The translations under genes were made by a program, and so were the position numbers. Positions 27,602-40,452 of a DNA stretch of 64,000 nucleotides are shown piece after piece. The DNA is from Trichoplax sp. H2 (lineage: Eukaryota), in assembly GCA_003344405.1 (NCBI GenBank), contig NOWV01000001.1:1178001-1242000 (forward strand). Direction: 5' to 3'. The first letter of the stretch is position 1. Each line of letters opens with the position of its first letter. A model generated the notes under the pieces. It ran no database searches, had not been told where the DNA came from, and was given only the letters and a program-made list of their open reading frames with translations.

Positions 27602-28777
27602 ATTTTTATAATTCATTGTAGGCCTGACTGAAATCGAAAAATATAACTTGATTTAATTTGACTGTGGATAAACTACTGTAATATACTTTATCATTTTTAA
27701 TTTTAGCTTGTCTCTGATGATGTATGTTTACAATATTTATTGTACATACTACTTTATTCATAAATATAGAGTAGTAAAGTTTGTAAATGATTACTGTAAA
27801 ATGTCTTGTAACTGAAAAGATGCCTGTTAAAGATAGTTTACCGTGTGGATGCCTCCCTATACAAATTACAAACTGTAAAATGAAATTATGAAGAGTAAAG
27901 TTTTATATCCTTAAGCGCAATTCGAAATAAAACTACATTTCTTCACAATTGTTGTATAGAATAAGTTCATACGACATAAAACAAGGTAATTGCTTCAATA
28001 GAAGCACAGACTATTTGTTTGATTCATGCCAATACTACTGTACGACAACTTGCTTGTATTAGCACTTGTTCTCACAGTGATAAGTGAATCCAAACGCATT
28101 CTAAGATATAATAGAGTCTATGGTTCTGTTTGTATAGTCTGTGGTACAGCATAGTTAACATCAAGAAATTGCAAGCACGTCCTAGCTGTGCAAACTATAA
28201 ATACAGCAGATCAAGTTTGCTAGCTCATTATAAGGTAGATATTGTACGCACCACACATTGTACAAGTGATTCCCCTTTACTGTTAGTAACATAACCTGTT
28301 AACATGCTCATCGTCAACATCTGCTGAAATTTAGCAGTCAACGAAGGTTCAATAGTACATCCATCAAAGTGTTGGAAGGTTTGTTTTTATTGCCATGTTC
28401 AATATAAAGAACTTTTGAAAGCATGCAATATTAACCTTTGAATCTTACTGATTTAGATAATATACAGTTAACAATAATTTGCAAATTCATGAAGAAAACG
28501 TAACGTCATCGCAGTGACTGGCAAGCGTTAGAATAGTATACATCATGGACAATTCCAAAGCAGTACTAAGAAAAAGTTAGATTTTGGTATTTGATTTCAC
28601 ATACTGTATCTTTAGTATGTAGTGATGGCCTGAATGAATTTAGTAGATCTGGACCTGTTTACACAATTTGGTAAGGATCGATTGATTGCATTATTTTCCT
28701 TTAATAGATGAAAAAGGTATTTACTTTCTAACACTGCGATAAAACCAGCCTTGACCACTTAAAAAATATCGACCCTG

Positions 28778-30697
28778 TTACAATGACTTTTTGGATTCAT
28801 ACCATTCTGATACTTGTTTCTTTGACGCTGAGGAGATGGTTATAGATTGACTATCTTTAGGAAGGGGAGATTGCCATCCATAACGATTGTCCGGAATACT
28901 GGAACGTGAGATTGTATCAGGAACGAAAGTCTCGATACCTCGATGTAAGTCGAGGTATCTAAGGCTGGCAGAAGTGACTCCTATTAGAGTTCCACTCAAG
29001 ATCATAGCTGCTACACTGCGGACTAATACAAACAATAAAAGGATGCAATTATAACTTGTGTTTATTTATTGATCGGTTATATCTTTAGCAATTTCAATTT
29101 TATCTCTATCCCGTATGCACGTAATAATGACATACATTTAGCTCCAATGACTAATCCGGCACCAAATCCTCCAATAAGTTGATTGACAGAGTCGTCTTTT
29201 CCGCGAACATAGCTTGTATAGCAGCTAGTTACAGCAAACATGCTACCGGTAGCAGCTAGAGTAAGCAATAAAGACAAGTTATTGCATCGACTAACATCAA
29301 ATGTAAAAGATACATTACATGTGCTGTAACTATGATTACACACCAGTCTACACAACTGCATGTGGTGGTATCATATTGTTCACTTTGTATTCACTTACCA
29401 AAGGTAACTGTACAGGTAGCAAGTTTTCCTAGATTTATAATACCGGGGCGGTAGAGAGGCGGGTACGGTTGTGGTTTTTCGTAGGCTAACGCGACGTACA
29501 TTGCGCCATATAGTGTACCTTAAATCAGTACGATAAAAGTTAAAAGTTAATGTAGAATTGTGATGCAGTATCCACTACGGTAGTTACTACTTTAGTGTAT
29601 TTATGGATTGAATTTGTGTCAGCGTAGATTAGTCGTGAAAGGATGATTTCTTTCATCAATGGGCAAATTTAAAAAATTAGCATAACTGTTAACAGCACTA
29701 GAAAAGGCAAAGTCAAAATCTTGAGCTTTTCTCGCTTGGTAGCACTCCTTACGATCATTTCAGTAAAGGGTTTTAATCGTTACGTGAGTCTAATCAATTA
29801 TTGCTATCTATTTATGATTAATTATCAGCGATATTAGCATGAGAAATGAATTGATGATGTAGCTGAAAATTGGGAAAGGAAGAAAAGGCGTTTAGTCAGG
29901 TGCACTCGATTGGTACTATGCGAATAAAGACTACAGCTAAGGCTTTAGGAACAGGAAAGGTTAAGATGTTGTATTGTAGCAGCGAAATGATAACATTACG
30001 TATTCATTATAATCCATCCTTTGCTATCTTCGTATTCCATATGTTGATGAAAGGGTTGATAGGAAAATATGGCCAAAGTGAGCTAGCAAGATAGATGCAT
30101 ATTGTTTCGTTGTCTCAAGATCTTGGTACTATTTATAGTAAGAAGGATATTTTAAATCATATCCTTTCATGAACAGTGTAAGATAACTTCCTACTTTCCT
30201 AGTGCATTCTAGTCGACAGTACTCGATCTTTGTATGTTTATTAAGGTACGCGTATTTTTCGACAACTCTTTATCAACGCCTTGTTGGCTGTTGGTTTTGT
30301 CTCAAAGTTGACTGACTGCATTGTACGCTGTATAATGATTTTCGGCCAATTTGGCATGTTGGCTAATAGTCCAAGATACAATGATGGTATTCGACACACT
30401 ATTCTAGTAGAGGTATATTCTATCATTGGAGGGAAATGCTATATGCAGCATGTTGCAGGCGTTGAAATGACTTTACTCTTGCCGATCAAGTTGAGTAGCA
30501 GCATGGTTACACTGGTATCACTTACCGAATACACCGCCAGTAATGCTGTAACCTATCGCTTTATCTACACAATCTTCACCGTCTCCAGTATAGCGGATAT
30601 TCTTGTGAACAATTTGGTTTAGTATGCCGCTTTTCCTATTTTGGCGAAAAGAGGAAATATTGGTATTTAACTTTGGCGAGTCGTCGTTCTCCGCCAT
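28778..30697 (-). CDS. NDUFA11: NADH dehydrogenase 1 alpha subcomplex subunit 11 (Tim17/22-like fold), 4 exons
   Basis: Exons 30697-30526, 29518-29399, 29255-29136 and 29022-28778. Peptides GDGEDCVDKA and AATGSMFAVTSCYTSYVRGKDDSVNQLIGGFGAGLVIGAK resemble NDUFA11 (DGTDC; [25 protein letters not shown]). Confidence 0.78.
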
Positions 30698-30714
30698 CTT
30701 GACTGGTATAGCGT

Positions 30715-31450
30715 CTACTGTAGTTTTAACAGTACTGCCCGTTTTTGTACGGTCTACAGTCTGTAGTTGACTGTGACTGTACGGTACAGTCCGCCTGTCT
30801 TTCTGTACAGTACCGCGTACAGTACATGATACTGTGCACTGTAGGCATTTTACACGTCTGTACAGTACAGTGTACTGTACTGTACAGTACTATAAGATAC
30901 TCGAAGTAGTCAGTGCTTAGTTGAAAACATTAGAGCTTGAGTCTGTCTGTCTGAGACAAAAAAGACATCAGATTCAAGGTGGAAAACGTTAGAACTTGAG
31001 TCTGTCTGAGACAGAATGGCCATCAGATTCAAGATGGATATTTCAACACGTCTGTACAGTACAGTACTGTAGCCATAGAATACTGTACTGTAGATATTCG
31101 AAGTAGCAAGTGCCTTAAATAGAAAACATTAGAGGTTAAGTCTGTCTGTCTGAAACAGGATGGACATTAGACCCAAGGGGATATTTTGATACGTCTGTAC
31201 AGTGTACAGTACTGTACGGTTAGTAGAAAACATTAGAGCTTGGGTCTGTCTGTCTGAAACAGGATGGACATCAGATTCAAGGGGGTATTTTGACATACAG
31301 TACAGTACTGTATCTGTACAGTACTGTATACTGTACTGTACTGTACAAGACTGTAGGAAACAGTTGAGCTTAAGTCTGTCTGTCTGAAACAGTACAGTAT
31401 TTTGACACATCTGTACGGGTAGAATACTGTAGATATTCCAAGTAGCCAGT
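30715..31450. repeat. Composite tandem repeat plus TACAG/CTGTA arrays in the NDUFA11 / EFCAB14-like bidirectional promoter
   Basis: GAAAACATTAGAGCTTGAGTCTGTCTGTCTGA...CATCAGATTCAAGG-like unit at ~30923, 30982, 31122, 31227 and 31357, interleaved with TACAG/CTGTA runs. Confidence 0.88.
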
Positions 31451-31765
31451 ACTTCAAAGTTACCTTGTGCATGGTATGAATCAATAGCAGCAATGAATGT
31501 TCGAGTAGCTAGACAGAGAGAGTTAATCGCCCATTTTGACCATGTTGAACGACAGCTAGGTGTCCGTCCCATCCGTTTTTGTGAGAGCAGTCCCGGACTG
31601 GAGACTGTACTGTATGGTTTAGTATCCATGGTAGCATGTATCCGTATCAGGTAATGCCATCTTCAACACTTTACTATAGGAATGACCACTAATATACTGT
31701 GGCTAGAACATAATTACTGCCTCGACAGCACAGTATGAAGTAGAAGATCGACACTAGCTGTACAG

Positions 31766-31773
31766 TATATAAA
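31766..31773 (+). promoter_or_regulatory. Candidate TATA box for the EFCAB14-like gene
   Basis: TATATAAA about 30 nt before a pyrimidine-rich CCATTTC and about 210 nt before the ATG at 31980. Confidence 0.45.
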
Positions 31774-31979
31774 CAGCACAACCGACAGACTGCAAGCCAT
31801 TTCAATATTTCAACAACGACAGCCAAGTTGCATTTCAACACTTGCTTGTGATCGACAAATCTGATCAATCAACACTGGTTGGGCCTTATCCATCATCGAA
31901 TTCAGTAGGAAAATTACTCTCCATCTTCTTCAAGTGTTGCAAATCACTTTGACCGCTTGGTTGTTGTTAATGATACAAC

Positions 31980-34900
31980 ATGAAGAAATATATTGTGGAT
32001 GTAGAAGCTCCAAGGATTGAAGGAGATAAATTACTACCGTCCGATTCCGACGAAAATGTCAATCAAGCTCATTTAATCCAAGAAACGAGTCCATCCCGTC
32101 GACGAGTTCGTCGCAGGTAGGGTACTTGATTTCTTCGTCGTCTTCTTCTTTTTATCTTATCCATTCTACGCCAAGTTTTGGAGACATGCAAGGAATCATC
32201 GCAACATACGCGCTCTCTCATCAACTTGACGATCGTCAAGGATGAGTAATACAGTACAATAATAATGAATTGAATTAGCGATCTCTAACAGACAAGACTG
32301 TCCGTACAATCATTTCCAACTAAAGCAGTTTCAATCCGTAGTACACGCTTTTAAATTCTACCTACTTTATTTCCCTCTCTTATGCTTATCCAAGGATAGC
32401 TTCAACGAGTCGAGCATGTCGACCACTGTACATATTCGATGAGCCTGAAATCGCTAATCCTAATGAACTCGGCTTACAATGATGTTTTTGTAAAGTTGAA
32501 GTCCATCAATGGTACTAGAGCTATAGTAGAGATGTTAATCAGAGACTATCGACGATCGATCAACATGGCCACAAATTGGGATCCTGCGAACGAGTAAACT
32601 CCAGTCGATTTCCCGTCCAAAACCGTCGGCAATTTTATTTTTAAAATCTCTATCATCTACCTTAACCGTATCTCTTTCTCTTCCAGTTGGACAACGATAA
32701 CGGTTACTTTAAACTCCTTTAAAGGAGAAACTCTACACCTACTAAAAATGGAAAATATTTCCAAAATCTTAAAATTCCAATGAAAAAAAAAAAGAATTAC
32801 GTATACGGATAAATTATCTCGATACAACCAACCACTATGACGTGCTATTGAATTTTTTTTTTTTTTTGACCTGTCTTCCGCTATTCCACTACACGCGTAG
32901 TCTGTGGTAACCTTGAATTGGACATCAACAGCTGTTGGGATAATTTGTTCGACTTTTTTATCCATTTATTTGTAAATGCGCCTTTCTATTCCCATCTAGA
33001 TTGCCGATCATTTCAATACAATGAGTGTGCACATGATTCAACATCGTATTCATATTCTTTTTGCCACCAATCATTCAATCACTAGCTCGCCCGACGCCTA
33101 CATAGCGATACACAAATGATAACTAAAAAAATCATGCATACAAATGATAGAATGTCCTTTCAATGGCTATTGATGCGTTACTATACTCTGATTTAGACTT
33201 GAAAATCACTCTGTATACTTTTTTATACCTATTAGCAAGAAAGCTCGAAGAATCAACTCTGTTGATTATTCTGCAAGTAATCGCAATCGTAGCTGTTGTT
33301 CATGTAGCCGTTACTTTCTATTTATCATTATGATTGGCTTCTTGGTTGTTCTGGTTGGAATGATATGGGTATTTTTCGATATTAAAAATGAAATGGATAG
33401 AATCAGAGTCAAGTTACATACTGGTAAGTCGCTGCATTAAATGATTGTTTTTTCTTTCATAAGCAAATAGTTCTAATCATATCATGGTGTACGTTAAGTT
33501 AATTAATACGTAGACACAAAATCCACTTTTCATAGGTGTGTATTTATTGAGTAAGCCATATGCCTTATGTTGATTTAAGTTCTGCACAATTGACAATACT
33601 TTATTGATCCGTTAACGCTACCTTAGTTAATTTTCTTGACAATTAATTCTATTATTGACAATCCTGCATTGAAAATTTTCTATACGCTACGATACAAATT
33701 TTATCATCTTGACGATTAACAAATAATTAATCAAAGTACCGTATCCATCGAGATACACTGCTCCTTCCAATCTATCTTTAAATGAAAGATATTAATTATT
33801 CTATTCTTTTTGTACAGTTGAAAAGGAAAATCTTCAAAGGAAACAAGAACTTAGTCTAAATAAACAAAAATTTTCAAAGATCGATAAGGATATCCAACAA
33901 TTACATCAAGGAAAAAATCAGTTACTATCACAAATCTCCTTTCTGAAAAGCGAGGTAAATTTAGCAATATTTTACTTCTAAATTTAAAATCATGCCGATT
34001 CCGTGCTTAATGATTCTAATTTTCCTTGTAATTGTAATTATCTTACAATATGCTATGCAGTAATTTTATTAATAATATATCGGATGAAACTGTTCAAACT
34101 TTGCAAAAATATTATCAATAAATTTTAAAGCAATTTCTTCCGATTGAAAAAAACGTTCAAGACTGAACGACACAGAATCTGTACGTGACCTAAAATGCAT
34201 ATACTCCTATAATTACCTGTTATTTCAAGGTTAAAACTATAAATGCAACATTATTGAAGAAATGGCAAGAGTCGCAAGAAATGCCTCATCGTTTATGGAA
34301 TAATGTAACAAAGAAATCAAACATTAGTAAAATCGTGATAACTACTGTGCAGCTAAACTTTGTACATAACCTAATACGTCAATATAATTACATGCTATTT
34401 CAAGGTAAAAACAATAAATGCCACATTATGGAAGAAATGGCAAGAGTCCGAAAAAATACCTCATCATTTTTGGAATAATGTTACCCAGAAATCAAACATT
34501 AGCAAAATCGTGATAACTACTATAGCTCAACTTCAATACAGAGTAAATAAATTAGTAAATAACACTAACTCTGCTATAAAGTCACTACAAGAAGACAACA
34601 TTGCTAACAATGGCGAAATCAAATTATTGAATACAACAATTGAAGATGTCAAGGTTTGTTCTAATGATTACCAAATCAATCACTAATTAACTCGGCCTAA
34701 AATTACCAAATGACGGAGAGTGTATTGAATTTATTTACCTAACGGCCATGGTAAAGCTGCTTATGAATTTATTATTCATTGCTTCATTGCTATTTTTGCT
34801 TTATACATAGGCAAAGTATGAAAGCATTATCAATCACTATAAGCAACACAAAGTTGAGACGAATGACACAGCCGAAACATCCAATCTCACTAGAAATAGT

Positions 34901-36456
34901 AACGACACTCTAATAACAACACTTCCGGCAAATCCGACGACACTTCCTGTCAATCCTACGACACCTCCCGTCAATCCTACGACTACATGGGAAACTACAA
35001 CAGTTGAAAGGCGAGATAGTAGCACTGATGCCAAGATTAACTACAACAATACGACAACGGTACTGGAGCCGACTTTTCACTGCCGAAATATTCTGTTAAT
35101 GTCTTTATAATTCTAATGTAGTCCTTCGATGAATACTATGTATTATTTTTAATCAAGAAACAACCATGTATGCACTCCCCTTATAGTAATTGTTCATCGT
35201 TGCTCTTCTTAGATTCAACCAACACAGGATTTATTGAATGACTTGCGTATTGAAGAGACACTCACACAACTAACCAACTTAACAATGATCAATAAGGTTA
35301 GTATAATCGCAACTCTTAAAGGGTAAACTGAAATATGAATTAAAAGTAGACAGTATAGCTTTGTACTATCATACAATTAATGATTATTGCATTATATTGG
35401 TAAATTTAGAATGGAATAGAAGAACTAAAAGCCAATATGGAGAAATTGTATACTTCACTTTTCAACTTAAAACGCATAGTTTATTCTACCTTAGATGACT
35501 CTACAGAGGACTCAAAAATTGCCGTCATTGTACAGCAATTGAGTGCAACACTAAATTCTTCTTTAGAAAATATGGCAGATAATGTTAACATGGTTGAAAA
35601 ACGTGTCTTAAAATTGGTATGCATTTAGTTTTAAAACCAAAGTCATAATAATCTTAACATACCTAATTGGTGGTATATTACCCTTTGCTTTAATTTGCTT
35701 TATGATAAAATTTTTATCTCACTGCCCGTATATGTATTAGATATGCAAATACTAGAATAATAATATCAAGATAAAATAAATAATTGCTATCTATTGTTGT
35801 ATATCAATTTTAGCCACAAATAAGAAACGGTGATAAATCTATTAAAATATTCTATCTACGATGTATCTTTATATTTTATCAATTATTTTGTATATTTCGA
35901 TACATAGGAAAATGATGTAAATGCTATTCGCCAAACCAATTCATCGTGTGAACAAGCCGGAAATAATATAGAAGAACCATTAAGCCATAATGGCACATCA
36001 GCTAACAATTCATCTTCGACTATCGGCAGTAATAATACCTTGACAGTAACTACTACGGAGTTAGCTTCAAATTCAAAGGATAATTCTACATCGAATGCAA
36101 TAACTGTTACTCCCACAGCTGCTTCGTTATCGAATTCGGATCAGACAGAAGGTATGATTAGAAATTAATAAAAGATTTTTTCGTACCGCAAAACACCTCC
36201 GAGAATATTTTACTTCTTCTTTACTAATATTGCTGCGATCCTGAAATATTTTTTCACTCACTGTAAGGTTTCGATGCAATGGAAGATAGTGAAAGTGACA
36301 GTGAAAACAGTGTAAGTAATATTTAATGTATCAGTTCATAGACATTTGATGTAACTGATGACGATAGACTTGCTTAATGCTTAAGGAGAGAGTATCAACG
36401 CTCAATTTTTTTTACTTTAGTTTTGGGCTTCAATCCAAGGGCGTGAAAAAAAGTGA
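31980..36456 (+). CDS. Type II single-pass membrane coiled-coil protein, EFCAB14/KIAA0494-like, multi-exon, with Thr/Ser/Asn-rich luminal segments
   Basis: MKKYIVD...LLPSDSDE; RSCCSCSRYFLFIIMIGFLVVLVGMIWVFFDIKNEMDRIRVKL resembles recalled EFCAB14 (RCCKICYPLCGFVIL...VGLVWMQVALKEDLDALKEKF). Coiled-coil exons and PTT repeats at ~34920-34990. No EF-hand recognised. Confidence 0.6.
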
Positions 36457-37467
36457 TATATTAAAGGCCGCAGAGAAACCTCGTAAAATTTTGGTTTTAA
36501 ATTTATTGCAACGTACAAGATAGCATCGTTTATAAATTTTTGTAGACAATTACTGTTATCATTCAAGTCCTAACAAGTTTTAAATATTAAGCTATTTTAT
36601 ATTTTACTACACTTATTTAAAGAACGATATTTATGTTATTATTTCCACATTTGAGCTCACTGGATGTGTACTAAAACACGATAACATCTGCAGTTATCAT
36701 GGCCTTCTTCAAAGCTATCTTGCTTAGACTTTTAATCATGGAATAAAAGTGAAATTTTGCGATAGGCAGTTTAAACCAACAATAGGTTTCGGTTTAGACG
36801 AATATGTCTCTGTATATGAATTTAGGATGTATGTGCGAGTACGAGATACATATATGTACTCTATATTTATATTATATTATTGGATGTTATTTAACTTTAC
36901 ACGATATTTCCGGATATCTGAATAAGGTACTATTTTAAAATTAAGTACAGTTAATATTTACGGTTCAATGCCTAAATGGAATAATACACTTTTCATAGCA
37001 TTTAACGATACAAGCAATTTTTTTGATCTGCAACACCTAGCAATAGATCGACTTCGAATTTCGTTCGATAAAAGATCAATATGAAGCAGACCTTTTGCCC
37101 ATGTCTTTGCAGTAAATCATAAAATGTTACAGATATTAATGAAATGAAATGTTGTCTTACATTACCGTGATTGTAATGTTATAAGAATCAGTAATAAATA
37201 CGAGTAATCAAAAATTTGGTAAGATGAACTACATCTGAGGTTTAACTTCTTCGTAACTTGAATCTTTTATGGGAGAATGATTTTTTTCTCATGATGCGCC
37301 GAAAAGGAATGAACGCATGTCAGATGACTTGTTTCACGCTATTCTGCTGACACTATCACTACTTTGTAAATTACACGGTCTTAAATAATCCCCTTGCAGA
37401 GACGCTAAGCTAAGGAAACAGAGTTTGTTATTAACTATAAGTATAATTTAGCGAATATTGCCATTTC

Positions 37468-37604
37468 AATTTAAGATTTCCAATATTTGAATTACTTTAA
37501 GATAGACGTATGAAATAAAAACACTTCTAGAATTTTAAGATTTGGAATATTTGAATTACTTAAAGATAGACGTGTGAAATAAAAACACTTCTAGAATTTC
37601 AAGA
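37468..37604. repeat. Near-perfect ~65 bp direct tandem duplication, intergenic
   Basis: AATATTTGAATTACTT(T/A)AAGATAGACGT(A/G)TGAAATAAAAACACTTCTAGAATTT occurs twice. Confidence 0.9.
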
Positions 37605-40452
37605 CTACTTCATTTATAATTTACTTATGTAACAATTATTGCAACTTTGCAACCGAATTTTCCTTGTAATCATTAATTCAGTATACTTGTAGGATTACTA
37701 AAGAGTCGTAAAAAAGACAATTTAGTCATTGATATCCAGCTCATGTCGCTATTATTTACCACGATTGGAGCTATTAATATGTACATACACGAGTATATTT
37801 GCTGAAAGATAGTTACGCTAGTGTGAAAGAAACATCTACTATATTCGACAACTATGAAGCATCCGATGTATTTTAAGATTACAACATGAAACCTAATTAT
37901 TTCTATAGCTATTTTAAAGCTAATACAATTGTGGAGACCCTAGACCAACGGGAAAATTAGTTTAATTCTATCATTTAAAATTTCGTTTATTCGTTTTTAA
38001 CTTATAAAAGAGTTTTTAAAAAACAATTTTAATTACGGAAAACGTTAATGAGCATGAAAATAATAATTGTGCTATTTGAAAATTATGAATCATCTAAGAT
38101 ATTCACCTATAATGCAATGCGTATGGTTGTCTTATAATTTAATTACGAGCACTTCTGCAGCCATTATACAACTAACACAGTCGTGGAGATGTTTAGGGTA
38201 ATATTTAAATTACAGAGGGACGGATGCATGAGTTTGAAAATATAATACTATATTTGCATTACGTCAAAACTATGCAATTTCTACTACGATATATTGTATT
38301 TATAAAGCACGACATCAACTTAAACTGCATTCCTATAAGCATTAGTAGTTCAATGTCTGTAGGGATACTAAATTGAGAAAAGCATGTCATGCAATTATTT
38401 AACATTTAATATACAGTATATCGCTGTTTCCTTTAATCATGATTGACAATATTTAAATTACAGGATAGAGATGGGGATGCTAAAATAGCAACAAACCTAT
38501 CGATTAGTATCAGTGTTGACGACATCATTCGAATTTAGAGGGCAAAGGGCATTATTAAAAATTTAAATACTATCGTAATAGCCGTAGTATCTTCTAAAGC
38601 ACAAGAATGAAAAGATTTTTTAGTCAAGCATAATCTAAATCTCGTGAGAACATCTCTAAGGCTCGAGTCGTCATTATTCTGAATGAAATTTTATTCAATC
38701 TCGATTTACAATCAAATCTACAATAAAACAATTAGAATACTAAATTTTGCATCATCCTCTATTGTAGAGAGTCTAAAAATAAAGTTTTAATGTTTTATAG
38801 CTCAGTTATTGCTTCTTCTAGAGTACCGATCTCATGCTTTGTGAATAACTAGTCATGAATTAATACTTATACTTGATTATCCTGGCCTATCTCCTATACC
38901 GTATTACGATACCGCTTACCATCCTAGAATCAACGAAAAATCGACTTCGTTATGCAATATTTTATATATGGTACAATTTCATGTATAGCCACCGTTCACA
39001 GAATACAATTTGTACAGACACGAAGTTGAGGAAACAAATAGTGAATCATAAACCGTCTAAGCACATACACGTATCTCTCTTTAACCATGATCAATTTCTA
39101 AAAATGATTCAAGTATTAAAGAGTGAACATAATGTATGAAAATAATTAAGCACGTACAATTGTGCTGTATATTATTTCATAAATTATGTAATTTACCATG
39201 CAAGCGAGTACAGGATGTAAGAATTATATAATCATTGTCGTCTTTAAAATTTCTCTTCTTGTATACTGTAGCATAGTAAATATTAAGTAAGGAATACGGA
39301 TAATTGAATGATTAACCATCTAGGCGTACGTCTCTTTTTTGAATTATGGTAAATTTGGAAAATATTTAAATTTGGGCAGGATGAATATGTGAGAATGAAA
39401 ATATTTCAAATGCTTATTTATTTATTTATTTTATAAAGTGCATAATTTATCCTATCAAAACCTCTAAAAATTAAAAAGTTATTGCAATCTTTGACTTAGA
39501 TACACCCAAGGGCAATGACAGTACGTACGACCCACTAAATTTTCTCTTTTTCGATAAGCTACAGTAGCTTATTCTGGAGTAAATTACAAGATGGATAATT
39601 CACAATTCAATTTCTTTTGCTTCCATCTTGTCCATCTGTCATAGACGTCCGCTAACGAAGATATCACTATCCCATAGATGGTCCGTCATGTGATAATAGC
39701 ATGAGACTCATGCTTTATTTTACCCATATCCGAATCAGAACAAAGTTGATTATCCAGTACAAACCTAGTAACGCAAACTCTGACATGAGCAGTTTACCAA
39801 TCATTGCCTATACAAATTAGTCAAACAGCGATCTCTTGTTATTTTTAGGATTCCTTCGTCATCAGTGATGTCATTTAAAACTATTAAAACTATACTTAGC
39901 AATATAGTATTTTAAGAGTTAGTTACTGCAACATTGGCAGCCATTACTATTATAGCCGATTACTACGCCTCTCACGAGCATAATATAAAGAAAGAATCAA
40001 AGGCGGTTATTTCCATTAGTTAGCAAATGGTTGGATCAATTTGGGGGGAAGGAATGAATTGGATGTTTGATCTACCGGTAAAGGAAGATTAACGGAAGAG
40101 ATTTTAACGATCGTATACGTCTTGACTACAACTATTTCAATCTTGATCATTCATAATCAATCAACGTAGTAGAATTTGCAATTCTATGAACCAATTATTA
40201 ACGACAGTACAGAAGAAATGATATTGATAGAAGTGATTTGATTGCACTTGAACGAAAATTATCAAATTCCATTTTGTCATAATTTTAGCATACTTGAAGG
40301 CGTAATCATACTAATATACTAGAAAATCCATACAATCCACTTGGAGATTGTATTCTGTCATATTCAAAAGCGAAAGAATGTTGAACATAATAGAGAATAT
40401 AGGCAATTTAATCCGACTATCATCTATTAATTCAACTATCAACGATCCAGTT

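Noticed and set aside
30141-30170. ATATCCTT U12-type donor-like sequences
   Set aside because: They lie inside NDUFA11 intron 1, not at an exon boundary; the neighbouring exons join by GT-AG.
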